A DNA stretch of 64,000 nt from Candidatus Dormibacter sp. (GTDB taxonomy: Bacteria > Chloroflexota > Dormibacteria > CF-121). Below the pieces are notes generated by a model. It saw only the letters and a list, made by a program, of their open reading frames with translations, did no database searches and had not been told where the DNA came from. Shown here piece by piece: positions 1 to 9,982 of this stretch. The translations under genes were made by a program, and so were the position numbers. The number at the start of each line of letters is the position of its first letter. Within the stretch, counting starts at the first letter, position 1. The stretch covers positions 844 through 64,843 of the forward strand of contig JBDTEO010000015.1 of the NCBI GenBank assembly GCA_039922495.1, given 5' to 3'.

Positions 1-57
1 GCCTGGCGGGCGGCAGCCGCCGGGGCAGGCCGCGAATCGAGAGACATGTTTCCAGGC

Positions 58-591
58 TCAAGCATGGGCTTGGTCGAGAGCAGACTGAACCGACTGCGCG
101 TAGCCGTAACTGGTGTAGGTTGCGCCGGAAAGGGAGTCGATCTGGGCGCTCTGGGCCTGCAGGACCTCGTCGTGCAGTTGCGGCGCCGCGTACTGACTAA
201 TCTCTGCCGACCTCTGCCGGTCCACGGGAAGCTGAATTGCTTGAACGTTCGTGATGCGCCCGGCGGCGATAATTACCTTCACTTGGACGTCGCCGAATTG
301 ATTCGGGAAGTCCTGTCCGGTGTATTGCCCGTCCTTCAGCCCCGGGGCAGTGGGCGAGGGGGTCGGCGACGACGATGCCGCGGTCGGGGGGCTCGTATCC
401 GGCGCTGACGGGACCGTTGGCGCCGGCGTACTCAGGACCGATGCCCAGCCACTCGTCCGCAGGTTGTTTGATGGCGGGGTCTTGAAGCTGAAAAGCAGGA
501 TTAGGGCTGTGACGGTGGCGACGATCGCGACAGCGGCTCTCGTGGGCATCGAATCAAGGCCTCCAGTTCCAGCAGCGCGAGACGCTCCCAT
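58..591 (-). CDS. FMN-binding domain lipoprotein (signal peptide plus Pro/Ser/Thr linker plus FMN_bind-like C-terminus)
   Basis: 177-aa ORF. N-terminal hydrophobic segment, PST-rich linker, and a C-terminal SGATYTSYGYAQSVQSAL motif typical of FMN_bind domains. Confidence 0.6.
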   Translation of the reverse strand: MGASRAAGTGGLDSMPTRAAVAIVATVTALILLFSFKTPPSNNLRTSGWASVLSTPAPTVPSAPDTSPPTAASSSPTPSPTAPGLKDGQYTGQDFPNQFGDVQVKVIIAAGRITNVQAIQLPVDRQRSAEISQYAAPQLHDEVLQAQSAQIDSLSGATYTSYGYAQSVQSALDQAHA

Positions 592-724
592 CGGCGTTGC
601 CGGTCAAGATCCGTGATGGCGGCCTTGACCAGCTCGGTGGCCGGGTTGCGAAGCTTGTGGCCTCGGCTGCGGCATTAATCAATTCGTCAGGATAGGAAGC
701 GAAGATTACGTTTCCATTAACGAA

Positions 725-1408
725 ATGCGTGTCCTGATAGCGGAAGACGACGCTGCCCTGCGCTCCGTCTTGGAGCGTGGGCTGGTTGAGGAAGGCTACA
801 CCGTCGATGTGATCGGGCGGGGCGACGACGCCCTCGAGATGCTCCGCAGGCACGAATATGCAGTCGCGGTGCTGGATTGGCGAATGCCAGGAATCTCGGG
901 AATTGACACGATCGCGGCTGCCCGGCGTTCGGGCATTGCGGTGCCGATCCTGATGCTAACGGCTCTGGACACCCCTGCTGACCGCGTCCGTGGTCTCGAC
1001 AGCGGCGCTGACGATTACCTGGTGAAACCCTTCGACTTTGACGAATTTCTCGCTCGACTGCGCGCCCTGCAACGGCGTCCGCCGGCCACGGCGGGGATCA
1101 CGCTTGGCTTTGGCAACATCTCCGTCGATCCCAGCAAGCACGAAGTCGTCGCTGGTGGACAGCCGCTCACCCTGACCCCGCGGGAGTTTGCCGTCCTGGA
1201 AGTCCTCATCCGCCGGGCACCACACACCGTCGCCCGAGCTGCCATCGCGAACCACGCCTGGCCCGAGCAGGGCACCGAAGTCGCCTCCAACACCATGGAC
1301 GTGCATATCGCGAGGCTGCGGATCAAGCTTGGGACGGGCGGGGTCACGATCCAAGCCACTCGCGGCATCGGCTACCGCCTGGTCGAGGTCCCTGGGTTGC
1401 GCCCGTGA
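725..1408 (+). CDS. OmpR-family response regulator (receiver plus winged-helix)
   Basis: MRVLIAEDD...D...LMLTA receiver signature and a C-terminal trans_reg_C-like GYRL motif. ATGA overlap with the downstream kinase. Confidence 0.85.
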   Translation: MRVLIAEDDAALRSVLERGLVEEGYTVDVIGRGDDALEMLRRHEYAVAVLDWRMPGISGIDTIAAARRSGIAVPILMLTALDTPADRVRGLDSGADDYLVKPFDFDEFLARLRALQRRPPATAGITLGFGNISVDPSKHEVVAGGQPLTLTPREFAVLEVLIRRAPHTVARAAIANHAWPEQGTEVASNTMDVHIARLRIKLGTGGVTIQATRGIGYRLVEVPGLRP

Positions 1409-2670
1409 GAAGCCTCGCACGTCGGGCCATACCGGTCGCGGCTCTTGCCGCCGCCGTTGTCGCCGTGATGTTCGTACTCGCCTCGACTGCCATCAACCTG
1501 TTTGTGGCCAGCCGCCTGACGTCCGACCTCGATCAGCGTATTAGCGAGCGTCTCGAAGGTCTGCGCACTGCGGCAGCCGTGGCCCCACTACCGCGCTCCA
1601 TCCAGGACCAGGACCATAGCTTCGAGGCGCCCTTGTTGTTCTGGCAACTGGACTCGACCGGCCGGGTCGTTCAGTCGAGTCCGAACAGTCCGGCGTACCC
1701 ACCCGGTCTCCAGGTTTCCACGCCGTCCACCACTCGAATCGCTGGCACAGATTTCCGGCTGGCCTCGGCTGGCCTCCCGAGCGGCAGGCTGGTCGTTGGC
1801 GAGAGCACGGCCTCGATCAGCAACAGCGTTCGCCTCTTGGTGACCGCCGAGTTGGTGGTGGGACCGAGTCTCGCGATCCTTGTCTTTTTGGGGGGCGTGC
1901 TGATCGGCTGGCGGGTAGCGGGACCGATCGAGCGGGCTCGGCAAGAGCAACTGGCATTCACGGCTGATGCCTCGCATGAACTGCGGACTCCCGTAAGCGT
2001 GATCGAGGCGGAGACGTCGCTCGCCCTCCGTCGGGAGCGCGACGCCCCAGCGTACCGTGCCGTGCTGGAACGCGTTGCGGGCGAGGCTGACCGGCTCAGG
2101 CGCATCATTGAAGACCTCCTAATCCTGGCCCGCGCCGATGCCCTCCCCTCGCTGCCAACAACGGACGCAGCCGATCTGGGCCAGATGGCTCAGGCTGCCG
2201 CGGAACGCTTCGGTGCTATTGCCTCGGCGCGGTCCCTCAACCTTTCCCTCGACGTCCCACGGGTGCCAACATTGGTGGCTGCGCCGGCTGAGTGGGTGGA
2301 GCGCCTGCTTGGCATTCTTCTCGATAACGCCTGTCGGTACGCACCGGATGGCGGTCAGGTGAAGGTGTCGGTTCGGGCGCACCGGGGCCGGTGGCGTCTT
2401 GGGGTAGAGGACAACGGTCCCGGAATCCCGGCGGAGGAGCAGAAGCGTGTGTTCCGCCGGTTCCATCGAGCCTCTGCCGTTCCTGGCGGCGCCGGTCTTG
2501 GTCTCGCAATTGCCGATGCTCTGGTCCGGGCGTCCCAGGGGCACTGGGAAACTGAGCCCTCCCTTTTGGGCGGCGCGCGAATGGTGGTGTCGTGGCCTCG
2601 CGCCTCGACAAAGGCTCCCGCGGACCCCTCGCGGTCCGCGACGTTAAACAGTGGGCGAGTTTCTGGGTAG
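1405..2670 (+). CDS. sensor histidine kinase (2 TM, HisKA plus HATPase_c)
   Basis: H-box SHELRTP; N/G-boxes DNGPGIP and GGAGLGLAI. Start overlaps the response regulator stop by 4 nt. Confidence 0.85.
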   Translation: MRSLARRAIPVAALAAAVVAVMFVLASTAINLFVASRLTSDLDQRISERLEGLRTAAAVAPLPRSIQDQDHSFEAPLLFWQLDSTGRVVQSSPNSPAYPPGLQVSTPSTTRIAGTDFRLASAGLPSGRLVVGESTASISNSVRLLVTAELVVGPSLAILVFLGGVLIGWRVAGPIERARQEQLAFTADASHELRTPVSVIEAETSLALRRERDAPAYRAVLERVAGEADRLRRIIEDLLILARADALPSLPTTDAADLGQMAQAAAERFGAIASARSLNLSLDVPRVPTLVAAPAEWVERLLGILLDNACRYAPDGGQVKVSVRAHRGRWRLGVEDNGPGIPAEEQKRVFRRFHRASAVPGGAGLGLAIADALVRASQGHWETEPSLLGGARMVVSWPRASTKAPADPSRSATLNSGRVSG

Positions 2671-3079
2671 TCAAGCCTGTCGGACCGGAGCAGTTTGGCT
2701 AAGCTGGAGGCAAGTCGCCGTCGGCGAAACATTAGGCGTTGGTCCGAGGTTAGCTTTATTCGAGCGATGAAGGACGACTTGCCGCTCGACGGATTCGACG
2801 AGCTTTGGATTCTAGCGCAAGTCCCGGTACCCAAAGTGCCTGACACTGCCAACATCGTCTGTCCATCCAGACTCGATGGTGGGCTCCCAGAACCAGTTGT
2901 CAAATGGATGTGGCTGGATCTTTCTCGCGCTTTGGTGGCTACTTCGATCGTGACCGGCCTGCATCGCTGGTCTTGACGGCAACCGTGACGGCAACGCCGG
3001 TGAAGTCTGGCGAACCAGGATGGGCTCTAGCGAACTATCGATGATGAAATTGAGTACGGAATGACCGTCCGCGAACTCT

Positions 3080-3143
3080 GGTGAGCTACCCGCAGAGGCC
3101 TGCAAAACCTCCATCGCGGGTTCGAATCCCGCACTCGCCTCCA
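3080..3143 (+). pseudogene. tRNA-Cys(GCA)-like relic lacking the D-arm (anticodon arm, T-arm, acceptor 3-prime strand, discriminator U and CCA are present)
   Basis: T-arm GCGGG-TTCGAAT-CCCGC at 3116-3132. Acceptor 3-prime strand ACTCGCC plus U plus CCA at 3133-3143. Anticodon loop CTGCAAA at 3100-3106. The 5-prime strand GGTGAGC (3080-3086) pairs 6/7. Only 8 nt lie between the acceptor and anticodon stem, so no D-arm is possible. Confidence 0.4.
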
Positions 3144-3394
3144 GTTTTCGAGGCCCGGAGTAACCTGACCAGTAATCCCCTTTATTGGCAATAGCTTGAC
3201 GGTGGCGGCGACACGATGATTCTTGGACGCGTGGCGTTTGCCATGCTCGTCATCTCGCCTTTGTTAGTGGGTCTACCAGCGCGCAGGCAACCGGGACCTG
3301 GACGGCTGCGCAGCATCTGCCCGGAGTGGTGGACGTTGTCGGACCCCGCACCGATGGGCGGGTTGTGGTTTCGGCCGGCCGCCAACTCTACCTC

Positions 3395-3720
3395 CTCAAT
3401 CGCCTGAGCGGGGAACTCCAGCCGTTTGCGAATGGGACGGGCGGGTAGTATCTCGCGATCTCTTCCGGCCGAAGCGTCACGGCAGCCGGCTGCCGCTTTA
3501 GTCCGGACGATCTCTTTGTGATCGATCAGTCGTCTCATCAGGTGTGGCGTGTGAACGCCAGCGGCCAGGCCAGCGTATTCGCCAAGGTGGAGGGCGTCGA
3601 CTCCTTGAGCGGGATCACGTTCGACAACACGGGTAGCTTCGGTAACCGCCTGCTCGTCATTGGCCCCTCACATGGACATTCCGTCCGGTTTGCTTGTCCT
3701 CGGCATCGTCCTGCGGCGTA
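3395..3720 (+). pseudogene. possible remnant of an SMP-30/gluconolactonase/NHL-like beta-propeller gene (truncated, no plausible start)
   Basis: In-frame translation reads ...RFSPDDLFVIDQSSHQVWRVNASGQASVFAKVEGVDSLSGITFDNTGSFGNRLLVIG..., with no upstream start and no N-terminal part. Confidence 0.25.
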
Positions 3721-3764
3721 ACCGCCGACGGGCAGCGTAGCGGCAGCCCGCTTACTATCACTCA

Positions 3765-4142
3765 ATGGCCGAATCCGCCAAGGATCTGTTTTGGAAGATC
3801 GCCGAAAGCGATGAGATCGAGATTCAAACGCGACGCGACGAGACGTCGCCGGCGCATCGCACCATCATCTGGATCGTGCCGACGGAAGACGGCGTGTACG
3901 TCCGGTCATACAAGGGCAAACGTGGTCGCTGGTACCAGGAGGGGCTCGCCAATCCCCTGGTTACCGTCCACGTTGGGCGGCGCAAGGTCAGGGCAAAGGT
4001 CGAGCTCGAGAAGAACGATGCCAGTATTCGAAAGGTGAGCGCAGCCTTTCGGGAGAAGTATGGCGAGCGCTGGCCGGACGAGACCCGGGAGATGCTGCGG
4101 CGGTCGGTTTTGCAAACGACCCTTCGCCTCAGTCCGGTGTAG
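3765..4142 (+). CDS. hypothetical protein (DUF2255-like small cytosolic protein)
   Basis: 125-aa ORF with protein-like composition. Family assignment is from memory only. Confidence 0.45.
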   Translation: MAESAKDLFWKIAESDEIEIQTRRDETSPAHRTIIWIVPTEDGVYVRSYKGKRGRWYQEGLANPLVTVHVGRRKVRAKVELEKNDASIRKVSAAFREKYGERWPDETREMLRRSVLQTTLRLSPV

Positions 4143-4160
4143 ACGCTCGCAAGGTCCGGC

Positions 4161-4652
4161 TCAGAATGGCTTCATGAGCATCAGCCAGAGCAGCAGAACG
4201 AGTGCGGCGATTCCGATCCCGGCGACGATCTCGGGGCGCCGCGAGTCAAGCAGGGGGAGGATCTCCGCGTCAGGGGAGCGCTGGATCGGCCCCGACCTGC
4301 CGCGCCCACGTCCCCGCAGGCCGAGGGCTTCGCGCAACTTCCGGTAATAGGGCGAAGCCACGCCGAACATCGCAAACGTGGCCAGGGCGAGGATCACGAT
4401 CGCGGCCCAGATCCAACCCTGCCCGAACCAGTGACCACCAAAGCCGGCAAAGACACCGAAGATCACCAGGATCCAGAAAAACGGATACATCAACGTATTG
4501 GTCGCTTCAGCCAGCTGAATCAGGGCCGCCACCGTCTCGATGTTGCGCTCACGGCGCACTCGAAACGAGATGACTGCCGCGCCCCCATGCGCGAAGACAA
4601 AACCGAGGACCGCCGCCACGTGGATAAAGACCAACCAGGGATAGATCTGCAC
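4161..4652 (-). CDS. integral membrane protein (4 TM, hypothetical)
   Basis: 163-aa ORF with four hydrophobic helices; GRGRGRS loop. Confidence 0.5.
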   Translation of the reverse strand: MQIYPWLVFIHVAAVLGFVFAHGGAAVISFRVRRERNIETVAALIQLAEATNTLMYPFFWILVIFGVFAGFGGHWFGQGWIWAAIVILALATFAMFGVASPYYRKLREALGLRGRGRGRSGPIQRSPDAEILPLLDSRRPEIVAGIGIAALVLLLWLMLMKPF

Positions 4653-4885
4653 CGTGCCTACACCTCCTCCACCGATGTTAATCGAGCACCAAACCCAGTC
4701 CGGTTATCAACGAGGCGGCTTCCGGCAGGGAGAATCGAGCCGACTTGAGGACGTTCGCCCGGACATCGACGGCGTCGTTGCGGGCGGTTCTGAAATCGGC
4801 CGCGCTCAGATCAGTCTGGCTGAACCGGGTTCCGGACAGGTCGGACGGCGGTAACGCCGCCCACCATCAAGTAAGGATCCAGCTT

Positions 4886-5788
4886 CTAGAGGCTTCCGTG
4901 GAACGTGTCGCAGTCCTTCCGGGTGCCTTTGGTGTAACCGTTCGTAAACCACTTCTGGCGCTCGGCGGCCGAGCCGTGGGTCCACGTCTCGGGATTTACC
5001 TGGCCCTGGGTTTTCTGCTGGATACGGTCGTCGCCAACCGCGGCTGCCGCATCCAGTGCTTGCGCGATCTGGTCCGGGGTCAACGGTTCAAGGAACCCGG
5101 TTGCCGCCGCGTGGTTGGCCCACACGCCGGCGAAACAATCCGCCTGCAGCTCGGTACGCACCGAGGTCCCGGTTGCTCCCTGTTGGCCGGCCGCCGATGA
5201 CAGCTGCCCCGTCAGATCCTGGATGTGGTGACCGTACTCATGCGCCACCACATAGCCTTCGGCCAGCGATCCACCGCGGGCGCCAAACTTCGTTTGCAGA
5301 TCCTGGAAGAAGCCGAGGTCGATGTAGACGTACTTATCCTGCGGGCAATAGAAGGGGCCGACCTGCGACGTGGCATCCCCGCAACCGGTCGAGACCTGGT
5401 CGGTATAGAGGACCGTCTTGGCCGGCTGGTACTGCTGCCCGGCGGCGGCAAACTCACCGGTCCAGAACTTCTGGATGCTGTTGACATAGCCGACGATCCG
5501 GCAGTCCTCACGCTTGTTGGCGTCGGCTCCGGTGGTGCACTCTTGAAGGGAGCTGGCGGCGGGCTGCGGGCCGGCGTTGGGATCCTGGCTGGCGCCGAGG
5601 TTACCGAGATTGCCTCCCACAAGGAGGTAGATGATGAGGACGACAGTGCCGAGGCCACCGCCGCCAATCGCGAGGCCTCGGCCCCCAAAGCCGCCGAAGC
5701 CGCCTCCGCTGCCACGGACGTCTTCGACCTGGCTCGGATCGAGCGGAGCTCTCGGATCGAACGACACTGCTACGCCCCCGTGGCCCAC
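4886..5788 (-). CDS. neutral zinc metallopeptidase, YpfJ/Zn_peptidase_2 family
   Basis: HEYGHHIQ zinc motif in a YpfJ-like context ([18 protein letters not shown]). N-terminal TM and Gly-rich linker. Confidence 0.75.
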   Translation of the reverse strand: MGHGGVAVSFDPRAPLDPSQVEDVRGSGGGFGGFGGRGLAIGGGGLGTVVLIIYLLVGGNLGNLGASQDPNAGPQPAASSLQECTTGADANKREDCRIVGYVNSIQKFWTGEFAAAGQQYQPAKTVLYTDQVSTGCGDATSQVGPFYCPQDKYVYIDLGFFQDLQTKFGARGGSLAEGYVVAHEYGHHIQDLTGQLSSAAGQQGATGTSVRTELQADCFAGVWANHAAATGFLEPLTPDQIAQALDAAAAVGDDRIQQKTQGQVNPETWTHGSAAERQKWFTNGYTKGTRKDCDTFHGSL

Positions 5789-5821
5789 GGCGTGCTAGCT
5801 GTCACAAACCTGATAGTACAA

Positions 5822-8746
5822 CTATAATGATCGCGGCGGAAGGCTGACCACTTCGCGCCGTTGCGGCGACAGGGCTGGGTCCTCCCGCAGGGCGAGGCCC
5901 ACGGTCTCCTCGATCGTCATCGTCACGCTGGCTCGCCATTGTTCCTCGAAGGCGGCCTCGCCAAGCGCGGCCTGGACGGCCCGAACCAGGCGGTCGTGGT
6001 CCGCCATCTCATAGGGCCGCAGGGGGGAACCGATGCGATCCCGCAGGGTGGCCGCGCTGGCGTAGAGGGTGGCTGCCCGCGGCCATTGGCCCATCTTCGC
6101 GGCAATCGCGGCCAGGTTCTCGAGGCAGCGGGAGATGCCGAACTGCTCGGTAGTGTCGAATTTCGACAGGGCACTCCGGAGAAGGGTGCTGGCCTCGTCG
6201 GCGTTCTCCTGCAGCCCCGCGATGATGCCGAGCTCGCACAGGCTCTCGGCTTCGAACTCGGTGATATTCACCTCGCGCGACAGTTCGAGACTTTCCTGCA
6301 GGAGCGCGGTGGCGCGTTCCCAGTCACCCTGGCAGCGGGCGACGATGCCGAGCAGGCGGAGCGTGCTGGCGACGTCGACCTTGTCTTTGGCTTCGCGCAC
6401 GAGGAGGAGACTTTCTTCGAGGAGTGAGGAGGCCGGGGCATAGTGCTCCTGGGCCAGCTCGACTTCTCCCATCAACTGGAGCGCGATCCCGATCTCACGG
6501 GTATCCTGCGCCTCGCGCGCGAGGGCGAGCGCCTCCTCGAGGAGGGACATCGCCCGGGGATAGTCACCGCGGGCCAGCGCCCCGAAGCCCAGGTGAGTCA
6601 GGGCGAAGCCGATCCAGGGCTTGTCCCCGGTCTTTCGGAAGAGGGCGAGGCTTTCCCCGTGCAATCGTTCGGCGCGTTCGTAGTCGTCCTGGGCGTGGAG
6701 AGCGGCCGCAAGGTTCTGCAGCGCAAAGGCCCGGCCCCAGTCGTCGCCGAGCTCTTCGTAGATGGCCAGGCTCTCCCGCTGGCGCAGGATCCCCTCGGCG
6801 TACGCACCCTGGTAGCTGGTCAACAGCCCATGCCAGGCGAGCGCCCGCGCGCGCAAGGCCGTACGCGCTTTGCCGCCGGCCCGCAGCGCGCGGTCAAGCC
6901 AGTCGCGGCCCTCGTTAAAGCGTCCACGGGCCCGCCAGAAAAGGCCGAGCGATGCCGCGAATTCCAGCGCCTGTTCCGCCTCGCCGGCGGCGAGGCAGCA
7001 TTCGAAGGCCGCCCGGAGGTTCTCGAGCTCAGTCTCCAGCCGTTCGAACCACGCGAGCTGGTTCGGACCGTGGAGTTCCTGTTCGCCGTGGCGGGCGACC
7101 TCGAGAAACCACTCGCGATGCCGGGTTTGCAGCGGCCGGTCCTCACTGGCTGCCGTGACCCGTTCGGCGACATACTGCCGGATGGTTTCGAGCAGGCGGT
7201 ATCGGGGCACATCCCGCTCCTCGTCCACGACGAGCAGCGACTTGGCCGCCAGGGCGTCGAGCAGGTCGAGGATTTCGTCGGCGGTCAAGGGGTCCCAGGC
7301 GCAAACCTCCTCGGCCGCCTCGAGCCGGAACCCGCCGGCAAAAATCGAGAGCCGGCGCAGGAGGGCCCGCTCGGATTCTCCGAGCAGCCCGAAGCTCCAG
7401 TCGATGGCCGCCCGCAGGGTCTGCTGGCGGGGGAGCGTGCGGCTCCCGCCGGTCAGCACGCGGAAGCGGTCCTTCAGGCGGACGGCGAGTTGGTCGACGG
7501 TCAGCATCTTGAGCCGGGCCGCCGCCAGCTCGATGGCGAGCGGGATGCCATCGAGGTCGTGGCAGACCTGGCTGACCAGCGGCATCGTCTTCTCGGTCAA
7601 GGCGAACGACGGGTTGACCGCACGGGCCCGGTCGGTAAAGAGCGTGATGGCGGCGGACTCGGCTACGATCTCCAGGGGCAGCATCCGCTTGGGGTCCGGC
7701 ACGGTAAGCGAAGGGACCTTCCAGACGGTCTCGCCCGTGACGCCCAGACCCTGGCGGCTGGTCGCGACGATGCGGAGCTGCGGGCATTCCTGCAACAGCG
7801 CCTCGGCCAGCTCCGCGCTGGGTTCGATGAGATGCTCGCAGTTATCAAGGATCAAAAGCACCTCGCGGGTGTGCAGGTACTCGATCAGGGTTGCGGTCGG
7901 GGAGCGCCCCGGTTGTTCTCGCAGACCGAAGACCGTCAGGACTGTGGGCGCCACCAGGCCCGGATCGGAGATGGCGGCCAGCTCGGTGAGCCAGACACCC
8001 TGTGAGTACGACTCGATCACCTCGGCGCCAAGCTGGATGGCCAGGCTCGTCTTGCCCATGCCGCCGGGCCCGGCTAGAGTAACGAGCCGCTCGTGCGCCA
8101 GCAAGGCATGCAGCTCGGCCAGCTCGTCGCGTCGGCCGACGAAGCTGGTCAGCCGGAGCGGCAGGTTGTTGCGACGAAGATTCAGGCTCTTCAGCGGCGG
8201 AAACTCTGAGGGCAGGCCGCCAATATCGAGCTGGAAGATGCGCTCCGGTCGGGGCAGGTCCTTCAGGCGATGCTCCCCAAGGTCGCGAAGGCTGATATCC
8301 GAGGCCAGCGCCTTCTCGATCAGGGCATGGGTCGGCTCGGAGAGGACGACCTGACCGCCGTGGCCGGTCGCCGCGATTCGCGCTGCCCGGTGCACTTCCA
8401 GCCCGATGTAGTCGCTGCCAACCACGCGGGCGTCGCCGGTATGGAGGCCCATGCGGACCCGCACGGGAAAGCCCTCCGGCCAGGTCTCGGCCGCGAGCTC
8501 GCGCTGGGCGGTAACCACGGCGTCGACCGCCTTCACGGCACTGGCGAAGACGACAAAGAAGGAGTCGCCTTCAGTCCCCATCTCGTAGCCGTCGTTGGCG
8601 GTGATCGCCCGGCGCATTACGCGTCGTTGCGCCGCGAGCACGTCGATCCAGCGTTCACCGAGCTCCTGGACCATCAGGGTGGAGCCCTCGATATCGGTGA
8701 ACAAGAACGTCACGGTGCCGGTCGGTAGTGTCCGCTCGGCGTTCAT
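5822..8746 (-). CDS. STAND-type class III adenylate/guanylate cyclase (CHD plus NB-ARC/AAA plus TPR array)
   Basis: N-terminal FLFTDIEGST...GLHTGDA cyclase homology domain; P-loop LAGPGGMGKTSLA; long C-terminal TPR-like repeats. Confidence 0.85.
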   Translation of the reverse strand: MNAERTLPTGTVTFLFTDIEGSTLMVQELGERWIDVLAAQRRVMRRAITANDGYEMGTEGDSFFVVFASAVKAVDAVVTAQRELAAETWPEGFPVRVRMGLHTGDARVVGSDYIGLEVHRAARIAATGHGGQVVLSEPTHALIEKALASDISLRDLGEHRLKDLPRPERIFQLDIGGLPSEFPPLKSLNLRRNNLPLRLTSFVGRRDELAELHALLAHERLVTLAGPGGMGKTSLAIQLGAEVIESYSQGVWLTELAAISDPGLVAPTVLTVFGLREQPGRSPTATLIEYLHTREVLLILDNCEHLIEPSAELAEALLQECPQLRIVATSRQGLGVTGETVWKVPSLTVPDPKRMLPLEIVAESAAITLFTDRARAVNPSFALTEKTMPLVSQVCHDLDGIPLAIELAAARLKMLTVDQLAVRLKDRFRVLTGGSRTLPRQQTLRAAIDWSFGLLGESERALLRRLSIFAGGFRLEAAEEVCAWDPLTADEILDLLDALAAKSLLVVDEERDVPRYRLLETIRQYVAERVTAASEDRPLQTRHREWFLEVARHGEQELHGPNQLAWFERLETELENLRAAFECCLAAGEAEQALEFAASLGLFWRARGRFNEGRDWLDRALRAGGKARTALRARALAWHGLLTSYQGAYAEGILRQRESLAIYEELGDDWGRAFALQNLAAALHAQDDYERAERLHGESLALFRKTGDKPWIGFALTHLGFGALARGDYPRAMSLLEEALALAREAQDTREIGIALQLMGEVELAQEHYAPASSLLEESLLLVREAKDKVDVASTLRLLGIVARCQGDWERATALLQESLELSREVNITEFEAESLCELGIIAGLQENADEASTLLRSALSKFDTTEQFGISRCLENLAAIAAKMGQWPRAATLYASAATLRDRIGSPLRPYEMADHDRLVRAVQAALGEAAFEEQWRASVTMTIEETVGLALREDPALSPQRREVVSLPPRSL

Positions 8747-8827
8747 GGGTTTTGTGCTGCGCAGCTTACGCGGTCGAGGCTGTCATCGGGCCGGCCCGGG
8801 CAGTGATCCCAGGCCGGCCGCGGTCGT

Positions 8828-9982
8828 TCAGGCAGTAGACAGATGAGCCGGCCGCGTACTCGGGTTCAGCTGCGCCGTCTCGAGTGCCTGCCGCGCGTTC
8901 GAGAGGCTTATCCCGCAGTCCGGGCAAGGCGGCGGGCAATTGGGTAGCGTCTGGACTACGTCCCCCTCGCCCCCCACCGTGACGGTTGGGCAAGGCACGC
9001 AAGCGCCACTGATGCATTCCTGCCCGGTTGCACACATGGGACTCGAGCACGTATTCGTGATCTTCGCTCCGTTCTGGTTGATCGTCTCCCGCACCTTGCA
9101 GTTTCCTGCGGTCGCCGGCGTCACGACACAGTGCGCCGTGTTGTCGGCGAACTGGGCGGCGCCCATCATGGCTTTCTGCGAAACGTCCTGGTGCAAATCA
9201 ACGTTGACCTGGCTCCCATCGAAGAAGTTGCAACAATGCGGGTCGGCAATCTGCGACTGGTTGTCTTTGTTGGGGCCGTCCTGATTCTGATCAACGTCCT
9301 GGTGGATGGTGGCGTGAGTCGCGCCCGCGGTGTGCTGGTCGAGGTGGCTTGACTGTCCAACCGTCTGGCTTTGCAGGGCCGTGCTATCGCCGGTCTTTTC
9401 TTTCTGCTTACCTGCCTGGTTCAGGTGGATCATGTTCGCACCGTCGGCGTTGGTCTGGAGGATCGTCACACCGGGCTCGCCCGTACCTGGACGGAACCCC
9501 TGATCACTCGTCTGCGTCTGGTTGCCGGCGGCGTCGGTCGACTGGCTCAGCGTCTGGTCGGTGCCGGCGTCGTTCAACCCCGAGGCATTGGTCTGGGTGA
9601 TCGTCACCCGCTGCTGGCCAGTCTGCTCGGCGCCATTCTTCTGGCGGATCTCCTGAACCACGACCGCGTGGTTGTTGCCGGTGGTATTGGTCTGCTCGAT
9701 CATGCAGGTCTCAACCATCGCCGGGGCCGAGCTCTGCTCGATGCAGCGGGCCTCGTTGTTGCCAGGCCCGGCCTGGGTGATCATGCAGGAGATCGCGATC
9801 GGCGCCCCAGTCCCCTCGTCGTACGTGATTTTACCAAAACCTGGATCGCAAATGACGCTTGCCGCCGCCACGTCGCTGGCCCCATCGCCGGGTGCGGCCA
9901 GGGCTGTCGCGCCGCTGGAAAGAGCAAAAAATAGCACGCTCCCGATGGTCGCCGCGGATGCGACGAAACGCCTGGTCCCCAT
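8828..9982 (-). CDS. secreted Q/N/T-rich repeat protein with curlin-like (CsgA-type) repeats and a Cys-rich C-terminal domain
   Basis: Signal peptide (MGTRRFVASAATIGSVLFFALSSGATALA). Five or more 20-24-aa repeats of the form I-x-Q-T-N-x-x-G-x-N-x-A-x3-Q, e.g. ITQTNASGLNDAGTDQ and ILQTNADGANMIHLNQ. C-terminus has more than 14 Cys (CVPCPTV...CPPPCPDC). Confidence 0.55.
   Translation of the reverse strand: MGTRRFVASAATIGSVLFFALSSGATALAAPGDGASDVAAASVICDPGFGKITYDEGTGAPIAISCMITQAGPGNNEARCIEQSSAPAMVETCMIEQTNTTGNNHAVVVQEIRQKNGAEQTGQQRVTITQTNASGLNDAGTDQTLSQSTDAAGNQTQTSDQGFRPGTGEPGVTILQTNADGANMIHLNQAGKQKEKTGDSTALQSQTVGQSSHLDQHTAGATHATIHQDVDQNQDGPNKDNQSQIADPHCCNFFDGSQVNVDLHQDVSQKAMMGAAQFADNTAHCVVTPATAGNCKVRETINQNGAKITNTCSSPMCATGQECISGACVPCPTVTVGGEGDVVQTLPNCPPPCPDCGISLSNARQALETAQLNPSTRPAHLSTA

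Noticed and set aside
3060-3143. Complete functional tRNA (or tmRNA) at the tRNA-like element.
   Set aside because: No 7-bp 5-prime acceptor strand plus D-arm can be formed. Only 8 nt separate the candidate acceptor strand from the anticodon stem. An anticodon-arm-like hairpin argues against tmRNA, and no GGGG...5-prime tmRNA pairing partner exists upstream. The minus-strand reading gives a T-loop (ATTCGAA) that violates the T-Psi-C-R-A pattern.
5861-8354. Long plus-strand ORFs (for example 6443..8005 at 520 aa and 6870..8354 at 494 aa) overlapping the adenylate cyclase gene.
   Set aside because: They are Arg/Ala/Pro/Ser-rich with a low-complexity composition typical of antisense or off-frame reading of high-GC coding DNA. 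The minus-strand frame has clear cyclase, NB-ARC and TPR motifs. The same logic rejects 58136..59788(-), 44620..45108(-), 46026..46607(-), 52453..53418(-), 10169..11140(-), 11195..12409(-) and similar.
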